Notes under the pieces: generated by a model
Seen by the model: only the letters and a program-made list of their open reading frames with translations
Databases searched by the model: none
Told to the model about the DNA's origin: nothing
In this document: positions 40,796-53,817 of the stretch, in pieces
Position numbering within the stretch: the stretch's first letter is position 1
Layout: every line of letters starts with the position of its first letter
Made by a program: the position numbers and the translations under genes
Assembly (NCBI GenBank): GCA_964016885.1
Contig: OZ024747.1
Location: 7,254,001 to 7,318,000 of the forward strand
Direction of reading: 5' to 3'
Length of the DNA stretch: 64,000 nucleotides
Source: Eledone cirrhosa
Taxonomy: Eukaryota

Positions 40796-41329
40796 ATTAC
40801 TAGTAACACATTAGTTTCTATTTAATTAACTATATACTCTCCTTTAAATACCTGGCTATGTGTGTCACCTTATTTTAGAAAGGAAACAATGTTATTCTTT
40901 GAAATCAGAATGTTTAACTTTTGTTGGGTTTGTCGTATATTGGGCTACAGCTGCCTTATAATTGTACTCTATAGCGCATCTGTGTCTGTGTGTGTGTTAA
41001 GGACATTTAGCAAGTAAAGTAGGATGTATACCCACATTGTGATGTTTGTATACCATGTAATGTTAGTTTACTTCTGTTTTGTTTCCTATTATGAAAATGA
41101 AACAATTGTTACAAATGAATGTTGGTTAAAATATTAAAACTTAACATTCTCATTCATTTTGTTTAATGCTGTTAAACAAGGGAAAATTACTGTGTGTATA
41201 TAACATACACTTAGACAATAGTTGTATAAAGTAATTTGTGATGCATGTATATAGATTTCTAAACATATAACTGACATGGTATATACATAAATCTCATCTT
41301 TACTATTACTCTTTTGCCTTTCTATGTAC

Positions 41330-41650
41330 TCACAATAAATGCACCCAGTACATGCTGTAAAGTGGTTGGTGATAGGAAAGGCATCCAGCTGTAAAAAGCT
41401 TGCCTAACAAAGGATTGGGATGACCCCTTAGTTGTGTCAGACATAATAGCTTCCCTAGTGCTGGTGTCCCAATAAAATTCACTCAGAATGTGATATTGTA
41501 TATGAGATGCAGGCCTCCAGCCCATCTGAGTGGTCAGTAGCCCAGCTTCAGTACTCATCTGATCTGTGAAGACCTGTCCAATTTTTGCTAGCAGGGAAAC
41601 TGACGTTAAACAATGATAATGATAGTGATGGTGATGATGATGATGATGAT
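41330..41650 (+). mobile_element. SINE-like element with RTE-type 3' end and (GAT)n tail abutting the exon-3 acceptor
   Basis: aggaaaggcatccagctgtaaaa block; 3' end ctgtcc...gctagcagggaaactgacgttaaa resembles the RTE tail at ~31000; (tga)n ends 15 nt before the exon. Confidence 0.6.
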
Positions 41651-41665
41651 TCAATTTTATTTCAG

Positions 41666-41792
41666 GCTGGCTATGTGGTTCCTGTGCCCTTTATATGGAG
41701 TCATTAACTGAAGAACAAGTTGCTAAAGATTGTGTGAAAGTTCTCAGCAAGTTCCTTCAGAACCCAAACATTCCATTACCTAAAGTCATTCG
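41666..41792 (+). CDS. Polyamine oxidase coding exon 3
   Basis: Acceptor ttttatttcag|GC; gives VLL-G-WLCGSCALYMESLTEEQVAKDCVKVLSKFLQNPNIPLPKVI; donor CG|GTATGT, phase 2. Confidence 0.92.
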
Positions 41793-42321
41793 GTATGTAA
41801 AAGTATTTCTTATAGCTGAATGTATTGCATGTAATAATCTGGTGGGGTTTTTTGTTTCTCTCACTTTGGTGAAAGATAATGGATCAATATACACATTGAC
41901 AATTTATTTTTCTTACTCTTGTATTGGAGTGATTAATATTTTATCACAAATAAAAGATTGAATGCCATATCAGCTCTAAAATTCAGCTTCACAACTGTAA
42001 ACTAATTATTTCTCTCATTGAGTTTTCATTTGATGTGACCAAGTGTTATGGTGAAATGTTTGCCAGCAGAACTACTTAACCTTCATTGGGTCAAGGAAGA
42101 GGGTTGCACAAAGGAAATGGAATAGCTAAATGAGTATTGTGAGGGCAGCCTACAGGTCTTGAAACCCAAATATGTACTTTAGTGTAAAGTGCTGACAAAC
42201 AAGGTCAACTTCATCTGTGTTTTAGAATCGTGTGTGTATGTGTATAGATGCATGCTTCATATATACTAGTGTAGAAGTTTAATATGCTTGCTTTACTGAA
42301 TGTTTTTATTTTTTGTTTCAG

Positions 42322-42439
42322 TACGAGATGGGGCAACAATCCATACACTCGTGGTTCCTATAGTTACATCCATGTCCATTCACATATTGACGATATTTTC
42401 ACCTTGCAAGAACCATTGAAGAGCCTGCACAGTAACAAG
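42322..42439 (+). CDS. Polyamine oxidase coding exon 4 (not in the ORF track)
   Basis: Acceptor ttttgtttcag|T; reads R-TRWGNNPYTRGSYSYIHVHSHIDDIFTLQEPLKSLHSNK; donor AAG|GTCAGT, phase 0. Confidence 0.92.
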
Positions 42440-43484
42440 GTCAGTTAATATCCTTATTCTAATGGTTTCAAATAGTCTTGTTAGTACTGTTAATGACAAG
42501 GTTAATTCAGGAATAATTCCAGTAAAATAACATACAATAGAAATGACAAACTGCTGACTATATAATCTGTGTGAAATGGTACCAAGTTTTTTAATGAAGA
42601 GTTTTTCATTCTTTATGAAACATATAACAGAAGTTACTTGAAGGTGGTGAGATATAAAAGATATTAAAAAATGATACAAGCATTGTCTGTTTTGTGTGTA
42701 ATATAACTTGCATTAAATACAGACAAAAGTGAACAAAGAGTGCATGGATGTTAAAGGTGTCAACTAATGTGCAGGAAAGAAAACTATTTATTAAAACAAA
42801 TGATATAAATGGACAGTGGGTGCTGGTAAACAAAACTATTACTTGTCATTTGGAGGACACCTGTAGAAGAGAAAGTGGTGAGGTTACATCCCGGAATATT
42901 GGTCCTTATAAAAGAAATACTATAAATACAACTGAAGCAAGTAGTGATCTGCTTTACAGCAAACTTGTTCAACCCAAACCACCATGGAAAATTGTTCAAA
43001 TGTTCATAGTCAAATGAAATACAAACTTCAGTGTGTTTTGTAGATTAGAAGGACTGAAAAGTAGTTGAACATTCCGATAACAAACATGGGAAAAATGGTT
43101 GTTCAATATTTAATAGCTGGTTGTTATGCCAATTCTAAAATTGAAATCATGCAAAGAGCTTTTACTTAAATTATCCACTAAAGCAAGAGATTTGCTACCA
43201 CTAATTCTTAAACTGTAAACCCTATAATAGCAAATTTGACAATAAAGATGGGATGAACATGGCTAGAAATCTGACTGAATGGTTTAAAAGTCAGCTCTCT
43301 TTAGATTTACCAAAGTTATTGTTTAGTCTCATGACTATCCTGTCTTTTTAGGAGTATATAAGCTGTATTATTTCTTGAAGGCAGTAGGGTACGACTTGGG
43401 AGAGATTAAAATTTGTCAACATCACATGATCTAATACTGTGTAATGTATGGTAGTGTAATCTGACCATAATTTCTACATTTTGA

Positions 43485-43757
<273 letters not shown>

Positions 43758-44389
43758 TAGTTACTGCCTCTCTCTGTTCTTTTGTCTATTGTCACTGGCT
43801 GGGGATAGATCCCACCTCTATGGTGATAATCAATAAACAGGGGGAAGGGAATCTCCAAGAGGATGGGGAAGGATGGGACAGGACAAGAAGACAGTGAGGT
43901 AAAAGCAATTGAGAGGCAGAGGAGGAAGTAGACTTTAAGTCCTCCATCTTAATGCCACCTCATATATTGCTCGTTCTCACAGATAAACTGTCTGGACGTC
44001 TCCTCAGATTCAGGTACTATTGTATATGTATATGTAGAATGATTTACCCTCTATGACTACAATAACAGGTGTATAAACCCAGTACTTTGGTGTGCCTATA
44101 GAAATCGTGTCTAAGACATACTTTGTGTGATTGAGTGTATGTATAATGCTGCAAGAGAGATTGTTTTTACTTATCTGTTTCAATTGACAAACCTCTGTGT
44201 GTGTGTATGTTGTGTGTGTGTATGTTGTGTGTGTGTGTGTGTTGTGTGTGTTGTGTGTGTGTATGTTGTGATTAGCTGTGTGAGGTATTTATGTAATTCG
44301 ATACAATAATAATGTACATGTATCTATGTACACGTGTGAGTGTGTGAGTGTGAGTGTGTGTGTGTGGGTGCAAGTGCACCAGTACGCAC

Positions 44390-44395
44390 AATAAA
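44390..44395 (+). terminator. Candidate polyadenylation signal of the oxidase gene
   Basis: AATAAA ~630 nt after the stop, followed by GT/T-rich sequence. Another AATAAA lies near 43832, so usage is uncertain. Confidence 0.3.
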
Positions 44396-45769
44396 ACATT
44401 TATCATCAATATTGGCTAATAGTTGCATTTTTAAATACTGAATATTGTTTGGGTGTGTTTCTTCACCCTCAGGAATTATGCACAAATATTTCAGTCAGCA
44501 AACACCTCTACAGACACCAATGAGGGAACTTCTATGCAGTCACTTGACCTGCTGGATATAGCAGTCAAATCTCCTTTAAATCATACTATACCATTTTGAA
44601 AAGAGAGAATGGTGGGATGCTCATAGCTGGAATGCCTTTGATTATAGGTTTTCTCAGTTAGAGCTGACCAATAGAACACTAGTGTGTGTGTATGATACAA
44701 TTTTGAAGTACTTCCATAATAAGTGTACCCTAGTACAGATGAAGGAACCATATGCTTGCTCCCATGTGTGTGTGTGTGTGTGTGTGTTTATACTCAAACT
44801 GATAGGGGTATGAGGACATTGAAAGAATTGGATGTTGGAGGATCTCTTTCTTGTGTCCTCTAAGTCTAAATATATTTACAAATGTATTCTTTGATCAATG
44901 TATGAGTGTATGTGTATATATATACACACACACATATATACATATATATGTATGTGTGTGTATTTATATATATATATATATATATATATAAGTGTGTGTG
45001 TGAGCATGTGTGTGTATATATATATGTCATATATATATATATATATATGGTGTGTGTGTCTGTGTAAATAAATGTAAATATTTTCTGTATTTATCTGAAC
45101 AATTATTCCAGTGGATTGTACTGTTACAATTCTATGTAGTCCAATGTATGTGCACATGTGTATATGATGATGCATATTTACATTATAATAATTGTATATG
45201 CAGTCAGAAACCCATCTGCATGTCTGTGTACATGTAATTAATGACATTTTGAAGGTCTCACTGTGTGCTTGTGTGTATGAGTGCAGCTAAAAGACTACAT
45301 TGGTTGAGTCGCAAGCTTAATACACTTGTAAGCTGTGTGTATATGTCGCTGTGTGTTTGGAGTTTTTTTTTTTTTTTTTTTTTTTTTTTCTCAAAAAATA
45401 TATGTATATAGAAAATTGGGTACATTTTTATTATATAAAATTTTAGATATAATGTAATAATGTAACATGCTCAACTTTCATTTTTAGTACATATTTTTCT
45501 TCCTTTAATATGTTCATAACCACAAATTTCCTCCCCACTCTCTCTCTTGTTAATTTTAAGGCCAGAAATGTATGAGGTGTCATGGCTTAGTCGAAACAAA
45601 TACCACTGTGCTTTGACTTAGTTGTTTGAATTCAAATTTAACATTAGGTCAATCTCTATTTTCCTTTTTTGGTAGTGTTTGTTTGTTGTTTTTTTTCTTT
45701 GAGCAAGATTTTTCACTCAAGTCAGCTTGTAGAAGAGACACCAAGACTGATTAAAATATTTATTAGTAT

Positions 45770-46210
45770 TGGAAGGGCAATAGTGGAGTGTCTGAAACAA
45801 TAGTGCCAATGTAAATAATACTTTGTGGTATTTTGTTCCACCCCTTTATGTTCTGAGTTCGATTGTTACTGAGGTCAACTTTGCCTTTCATTTTTCTGGG
45901 ATCAAATAAAGCACCAGTCGAGTATAAGAGTCAATTTAATCAACTCACCCTGCTCCCCCTACCCAACAAGAAAATCTGGCTTTGTGTCTATATAAGAAAT
46001 TATGATTATCAGAGTGGTGGGTTGGCAGATTTGTTGGAGCGTTGGACAAAATGCCTTGTGGTAATTTAATTTGGTTATTTATATTCTGAGTTCAAATCAT
46101 GCCACTGTCAATTTTGCCTCTCATTGATCCAGGGTCGGTAAAGTACTGGGACTTTACTCCCTCCCGCCAAAAATATGCTGGACTTTGTGCCTAAATTAAA
46201 AACAATTATA
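45770..46210 (+). mobile_element. Two tandem older-subfamily SINEs (further copies at ~1822-2030, 13822-13955, 17690-17830(-), 22444-22570, 47830-48550, 53231-53700)
   Basis: Diverged versions of the same ttctgagttcaaat / actttgcctttcat / gtgcctaaattagaaac blocks; boundaries approximate. Confidence 0.7.
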
Positions 46211-47034
46211 ATTACTGAGAGCTATCAAATTGAAGCTAGAAGTGGGCAGCATTTAGTGGGGTTAATTGAGGCAATGGAAGTGGGGTCAGAGAGGCGGGGA
46301 GCGCTAATAGAACATCTAAAATTGATGTAGTTTTGTTGAATGTATTTAGAGACAAGAACAGTAATTCCAACTGAATGAGTTTGGGTTTACTCTGTGTCTG
46401 TTGTGCTTACACACAAATCTATTTATATTTATGTATTTGTTTGTTTTTTCCAAAGAATATATTTCTATGTATCAAAATATGAATGGGTGTACACAAATAA
46501 GAAATAAACAGAGTGAGAGGAGGTAGTAGATAACTGTGATGTAGTGAACCTGCATCTACTGGTTTAATGACTGGTACATGTATTTAGCTACTGGATCTGT
46601 GCCAATTGTCAATCTGACTTTATTGCCATGCAAGTGTACTTCATGTGATGACTAATGCCATTTTCTTGCTATGTGCAGTCTTTCAGAATGTGTGTGTGTG
46701 TTAATTTGAAGGTAATGATTCACTCCATTGCTACTCAGTATTTTGCTATGGGTGAAGATTTAGCAACAAATGTGTACACCTAAGTTATGTGTGTATGTCT
46801 AGTATTTAAAAATATTTTTTTTCTAATCATATGTAGCACCATTCCTGCCACTGCTCGCTTTGTTTTGGTTCCTATCTCAAGGGAAGACTGAGAATCTCAT
46901 TGCATCACCTGTTTTCATTTTAATGCAACAATCTGGAGTTAATTTGGCTTCCTATCCACACTCACTTGCAAGTAGGGTAATAATAAAGGGCATGTATTTC
47001 TCTCCCCCCTCCCCCTCTCTCTCTATATATATAT

Positions 47035-47387
47035 AATTCATAGAAAAATGAAAAACTTCATCACTAGAACAACTTTTAAAACAGTCAAATGCTGTCAATG
47101 ACAGCAATGAGCAAAAATGTCAAAGAGGACAGAGACAAACAGCCAGTAGTCAGCAGAGAGAGATAATCCACAAAGTGGGTGACAGGCAGATGAAATATAG
47201 AAAAGATTGAGCGAGGAGGAAAAGGAAAGGTGTGTTGGCACAAAGTGACTGGAAGTGACATCTGGATTGTCTCTCTGCTGGCCGCTGGTCTGTCCTCTGA
47301 GGCATTTGTGCCCAATGCTGTCATTGACAGCATTTGGCTGTTTTAACAGTTGTTCTAGTTATGAGTTTTCTCATTTTTCTATGAATT
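47035..47387. mobile_element. Insert with ~75-bp terminal inverted repeats next to (TA)n; Penelope-like inverted pLTR or MITE
   Basis: aattcatagaaaaatga...caaatgctgtcaatgacagca matches the reverse complement of tgctgtcattgacagcatttgg...tcatttttctatgaatt. Confidence 0.55.
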
Positions 47388-47435
47388 CAAATATACTCTT
47401 CCTTCAATGTTTATTCATTTAAATATATATATGTA

Positions 47436-47509
<74 letters not shown>

Positions 47510-49307
47510 CATTCACGTTCCCTGTCAGCAATGTTTGAATGATTTACCTCAGACCATATCAGTACTCAGTTGGAGCCACTGATCTCACACTTTCTAGAGT
47601 GCACTGTATTTTACTATGACATCAGCGCTAGGGAGGTTTTCATGTATTATATTGTGGCACCAGTACTAAGGAGGTCACTGTGTCTTTGGCACAACTAAAG
47701 AGTCCTTTGTTTATTTAGTTTTCCATCACCAACCACCTTAAGAAAAAGCTAGATGATAATGATGGTAATATATATATATATATAAATAAATACATTTCAT
47801 TCCTTTAGAAATATGTTGAATTAGTGAAGTATTAGAAAGACTTAAGTATTCAGTTTTGTCTCTACATTTCAAAGTTCAAATCTCACAGCAGTCACCTTTG
47901 TCTTTTTTTCCCCCCTTTCAGAGTTGATTTTGGCTTTCATTTCCTCCAAAAGTTGCTGGCATTGTTCCTAAATTAGAAACATTATTATTGTTGTTGTTGT
48001 TGTTGTAAAAATGGAATGTTAGAAACAGAATGCTGGACAGGGTTGACTTGCCTTGCATCTCTCTAGGTTTGATAAAATAATTATTGTTATCGAAAGAAGT
48101 AGATTGGCAGAATCTTTAGCGCATTGGAGAAAATGCCTTGTGGTGTTTATTCCAGCTCTTTATATTCTGAGTTCAAATCCTGCTGAGGTCAAACTTGGCA
48201 TTCATCCTTCCGAGGTTGATAAAATAAAGTACTGGGTCGATATAATCGACTTTCCTCTTTCCCCCAAATTACAGAACTTGTGCCTAAATTAGAAACCATT
48301 ATTATTCCTCATAATTAGGGTGGAGGCTTGACGATCCCCCCTCCTATCATTAGATCATCGGACAAAATATCTTGCAGTATTTAGTTACAGCCCTCTGTGT
48401 TCTCACTTCAAATAACACTGATATCAGATTGGCCTTTCATTGTTCCAGATTCAATAAAATATAGTACCAGTCAGGTAGTGGTGTTAATTTACTTGTGTAA
48501 CCCTTCCCACCAAAATGTGTGGTCTTGTGCTAATCTGGAAAATCATTATTAAACAGTATAAGCTGAGTTCACAACCTGATTTTAATTCTGGTTGAAATAC
48601 TTACCTTTACTTTAGTGTCATGTAGTGACAGTACAGCAAGTTCTCAGTAAATTAAGTAGGCGACCTGTTTGTTTTTTTTTGTTTTTTTTAGTTTTCTTGT
48701 TGAGGCTGTTTTTTACTCATTCTCAAGATTTGAATGAACACAATAATTTGTCATTGGCATTTTTTATTTATTTATTTATTTATATATATATAATTTTTTT
48801 TTTTAGAGAAATCTTTACTATCTTTAGCTCTATGTACAACTGTGTGTGTGTGTTTAATCTTGATCTGAGATCTTGTTGAAACTGAAACAATTACACTGTT
48901 GAAATCACATATCTTTCTCACACACATTATTAGGGTTGCCAATATTTGAAAATTGAAATTTAGGATAGAGGAGGGAAGTGTGAAGTACTCTGGTTCTTTA
49001 GGGATCTGCAAAATGGCTTTAAAAAATGCTTTAAATTTTACCCTACCTGGATTTCCTGTTGACTTTTTTTAAAGAAATTTAAGAGCATGCTTAAATAATT
49101 AGGAATAATATGAACATATCTGAAAAAAAATTACCATTTTTAAACAAAAAGCTTTCTTGATTGATGCATCACATGACACAAAAATATTTGAAACTTAACT
49201 CATAAGCTATAATGTAGCTAATTCTACTCAGCAAGTAATACATATGTAATTTTGATCAGTAAGCAATGCATGCAAGAATTTTTTGACAACAATTCAATAA
49301 AATGCAA

Positions 49308-50760
49308 TTAAAGATAAATTTCTGTTTTTATTTGAATGAGTAATTCTTTTCCAACTTCACATTTTATAAAAATCTTTTTATCTTCAATTTGTTTCACAAA
49401 TTTGGAGCAGGACATTCTCATGTTCATGGTGGTCAGTAGCCCAGTTTCTATGAGCTCTATAGAAGATTTGTTTCTCACTTCACTCCACCTTAATTTCATC
49501 ATGGAGAAAGCATGCTCATGAAATACATAGAATGGTGGTATACTCAGAACATTACTCGAGATTTCCAATAAGTTTGGAGGGCTGTTGCCCTGCTGTACTG
49601 GAAATATTTTACACCATTTTTTGCCAGTGGCATTTGCACACTGATTTGGACCACATTCAAATTCCTTTACCATTCTGAAGTGTTTATGTATAATGCATCC
49701 ACATCCAAATTTTGTATTGATGGTTGTTCCAATACTTTTAACAGATTTGTGATTTTGAACATATCAACATTGTCGAAAGATAGACTGGAATTAGACAACA
49801 TAGATCCAGGTTTTCAATAGCATGCATGAAATTGATTCTGATGGAATCTTGAACATATTGTGGAAGTGTTTACAATTTGCTATATACTTCCCCCAAAAAA
49901 TGATCTTCATTTCTGTCTCTGAGCTTCTGAAGTCAACCATGATGTCATAAATTCCAGTAACATCTCTTTCCAGTTTTTTCACTGCATAATCAAAGATTAA
50001 GGATATGACAGCACCAAGTCTTCTGTAAGCTATGAAGGAAATATATATCCCTAATTTGCTATAGAAAGTCATGTTGATAAGGGCTTTCAAAGTGAGCCAT
50101 CCGTACACAATGCTGAAGAAGTTGATCCTGTGCTGGAAGAAGTAAGAGCCAACTTGTATTCACATGTCTCAATAAATCTTTCCAATGTGTTTCAACCTCA
50201 TCATACACATCTTTTAAAAGCATTATCTCTGGCAGCAGATCTTGCAAAATATACATATGACTTTAGCACAACCTTCTCAATGTCCAACTCTTCAATGGAC
50301 TTTAAAACTGCCAAGAATGCAGAGTTGTTGATACCAAAATAAACAGCAACTGCAAACATCTTTATATTGTTTGGTTTTTTTAAGGCAAAAGCATCTGTCT
50401 GCACAGCAAATGGAATAACATTCCCTCCAACCAAACTCCATTATTTTAGCTGTCAATGATTCTGCTTTTGTTTTCCTACAATGGTTGGTGTTGTAGTTGT
50501 TATGCATGATGGTGTAGAAAAGGACTGTAGGCTCAGTTGCTGCATAATTCTTTGCTTCAGTCCTTTTGTTTACAAAGAAATGTTTCAGTGTCTCATTATG
50601 ACTGGACAAGAGCATTTTTTTTTTGTGTTACCATGACTTCATGTTGCTGCACTTGGCATAAATCAGAGCTTGCAATGCTGATGAATATGGTTTGGCAGAC
50701 ATTACTGTACGTATTCCTTGAATTTCCTGACACTGGCACAGGCCAAGACTTCCTCTTTCT
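49308..50760 (-). pseudogene. hAT transposase pseudogene (frameshifted)
   Basis: Fragments in several frames: CRKTKAES, PFAVQTDA...NIKMFAVAVYF, LLRHVNTSWLLLLPA (RW motif region), NLLEISSNVLSIPP...EHAFSMMKLRWSEVRN (hAT dimerisation domain). Confidence 0.8.
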
Positions 50761-50770
50761 CCATTCTTGT

Positions 50771-50998
50771 TTAACCCTTTAGTGTTCAAACCAGCCAAAA
50801 ATCGGCCAGAATTCTCTACCTCTTTCTGTTGAATGAAGGCTGTAACTGGTCGCTCAAACTGATGTTAAGGTATTGTTTTCAAAATAAATACTTTCAAAAT
50901 CTCATAGATTCGATATTATGTGAGATAATTGTGAGGTAAAGCCTTTACTATGAAAATATAATAGTATATATAAAATAATGTGAATGCTAAAGGGTTAA
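50771..50998. mobile_element. piggyBac-type MITE copy 6 (Y), nested in the hAT element
   Basis: TTAA-ccctttag...aatgctaaaggg-TTAA between the hAT TIRs. Confidence 0.85.
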
Positions 50999-51856
50999 AT
51001 CTTGACAACTTCTGTCATTTCTTCAGTGTTGAATACTCCGTTTTCTGAATCTGATTATGATTCTTAAAAAAAAAAATCACAAATATCAAAATTAAGATTT
51101 TTTTTTTTAAACTAATAAAATAAGCAAATTAGTAAAAAAAAAAGTGATTTTATTTTTTAATACCATAATATAGGCCTTTTACTAATCAATATAAGATATA
51201 GGAAAAGGTATTGGAATATAGGGATGTAATATTAAATATAAGATGGCAACCCTAGGCATAACTTTTTAAAACACATATTGTTATATTTTTTGTTGTTTTC
51301 ACCCTTTAATCTTTTTAACACTATAGTATACAATACTATCCAAGAATACAAACAAAAATGAATGTAACTAGCTGTTTTTTAATGATTGTCATTACTCTAC
51401 TACAATGTGATTGTGTGTGTTTGAATGTACAAGAGAAAAGTACTCAGTCTATGAAGTGAAGTTTACTTTATTATTTAAAGCTGAGGGTTGAGTTCATCAT
51501 TACTTTTGAGAAGAATGGAAAATGAGAAACTCAACAGTAGTGATGGAATGAAAGCCTTAGCTTCAAATTAATGTCTGTCTCAGAAAACAGTTTGTCAGTG
51601 ATAGCATTTTCCTGTTCTCCACCCTGCCACATATCTTAGTAGAATGTTTTCAGTGTACACATTTCTGTTATTTTTCTCTCCTCTCCTGGGATTCACATAA
51701 GCAAATTCTTCATCTATCCTCCCCTTTTTTTACTTCCTCTCTCTCTCTCTCTGTTGGTGTTGTACCTCTTTAGATTAAAGCAATCCCCTTTCAACTGTTT
51801 GTTTTACTTCTTTCCATTCACACTCTTACCACCAACTCTCTCTCTCTCTCTCTCTG

Positions 51857-51898
<42 letters not shown>

Positions 51899-52787
51899 CC
51901 TTCTCTCCACGTCAAATATAAGTTGAGAAACCACAGAAAAAAATAAATAAAATATTGTTCATATTCATGAAAATACTTTTTTGTAAAATAATGAAATTTA
52001 AGGAAAATAAAATTAAAAATATATATATATTTGAATGTTTTCAATTATTTCATTTGTATTTTTGTCTTATGCTATTTGTGTGTGTTGGTGATTCACTCCG
52101 TAACTACACCGTGTTTAACGTCTGGTGTAACTGTTTAAATTTTTATAAATCCTGAACGGTCGCTCGAAGCGTGAATCTCTGAACAGTTAAAGATTGATGT
52201 AGATAGTCCGACTTTATTGTAAATTTTTACACAGGTGTAAAATCACAACTATTTTGCGGGGAGAAATTGGTCATAAAATGTTACAACCTCTTAAAGATTT
52301 AATTTTAACTAATCAAATGTTTCCATCTACCTCGCCTCAAATCCCACAAAAGTTAACTATGAACTGAAGCGATGACAACAATACACCATCAAAAAATGTT
52401 CAGTCTAACTACAGAAATGTTATAAATAAAAGCGATCGCTATAACAAAAGAAAAACACCAACAATTACGATTTTAATCTAATCCTTGGGTTAAAATATCA
52501 TGATAGCTGTTCATTGTTGTCATTGCTTTTGTTCATTGAGTTCTTGTAGTTAGGCCGCTGTTTTTTGGTTTTGTGTGTGTGTGTGGGGGGGGGGGGTATT
52601 TGTTTTGCGAAGTGTTTGGCTAAAATTGATTTCGAAATTCCACCTTTAAAGAGTTGTAACATTTTATTAATTTTTCTCAAAAAAATAATTGATTTTCATA
52701 ATCAACAAACAAAACTACATCTGTGTAGAAATTTGCAATGCAATTGGGCCATGTGTGTCAAATGGAAAAGACTAACCAACTCTATTA

Positions 52788-52910
52788 TTACGATCTGAGT
52801 TCAAATCCCGCCGAGGTTGACTTTGCCTTTCATCCTTACGGGGTCGATAAAATAAAGTACCAGTAATGCACTGGATAATTGCTGGCCTTGTGCCTAAAGT
52901 AGAAACAATT
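52788..52910 (+). mobile_element. 5'-truncated young SINE
   Basis: ttacgatctgagttcaaatcccgccgagg...gtagaaacaatt. Confidence 0.85.
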
Positions 52911-53817
52911 ATATGTATTCAATACTCTTTCTCATTTACAAATGTCTGGGTATGTATGATTATGTTCTACTTTCTTTTCCCACCTATCTCATTTTAAAAT
53001 ATTGCTGTTTTCGAAGGCGTTCGGCAACAACATAGTTTCTATCTACCAAATTTCTTTCAGTGGCTTGACCGCCTCTGGTTAATGGTAGAAGACACTTGTT
53101 CAAGGTGCTACGCAGTGATATTGGACCTTAAAATGCGTAGCTGCGAAGTGAATGCTTCAAACAGTTAGCTTTGCCTATGCCTTGCTTTAATGGTGGTGGA
53201 AAACACTATTTATTTAACTAGGACCCTTTGGTCGATAAAATAAAGTACCAGTAATGCACTGGGGTAATTGCTGGCCTTGTGCCAAAAGTAGAAACGATTA
53301 TTATGTTGGCTGTATCGGTAGAACGTCGAACAAAATACTTTGCGGTATTTAGTTACGACTTTCTACTTTCTGAGTTCAAATCATGTCGTGGTCAACTTTG
53401 GCTTTTATCCTTCCAGTGTTGATAAAATAAATTATCAGTTAAGTATTGGACATTCCTTCCTCTCAAAATTACTGGCTTTGTGCCAAAATTAAAAATCATT
53501 ATTGTTGAGGATTGTGTATTAACAGAATCGTTAGAATGTCTGGTAAAGTGTCTTGTGGTATTTATTACGTTCCGAGTTTAAATTCCGTGAGTTTAACGTT
53601 ACTTTTCAGCCTTCCGGAGTCCATAAAAGAAAGTTCTAGCCAAGCACTGAGATCGACCCACCCACCCCCTCATCCCTTCCCTTGTGCTTAAATTGTAAGT
53701 CATTAATATTATTATTTCTTTAAGAAGAAATGAAATGATACTCTAAAAATCTAAAACTCGCTCTATTTTCAGAGAAGAATGTTCATAGAACATATTTAGA
53801 TTTATCAGCTGATTGCC

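Larger units (their letters stand above)
48931..51254 (-). mobile_element. Decayed autonomous-type hAT DNA transposon (Blackjack-like termini)
   Basis: TIRs TAGGGTTGCCA (48931) / TGGCAACCCTA (ends 51254); internal transposase remnants on -; 8-bp TSD eroded. Confidence 0.8.
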
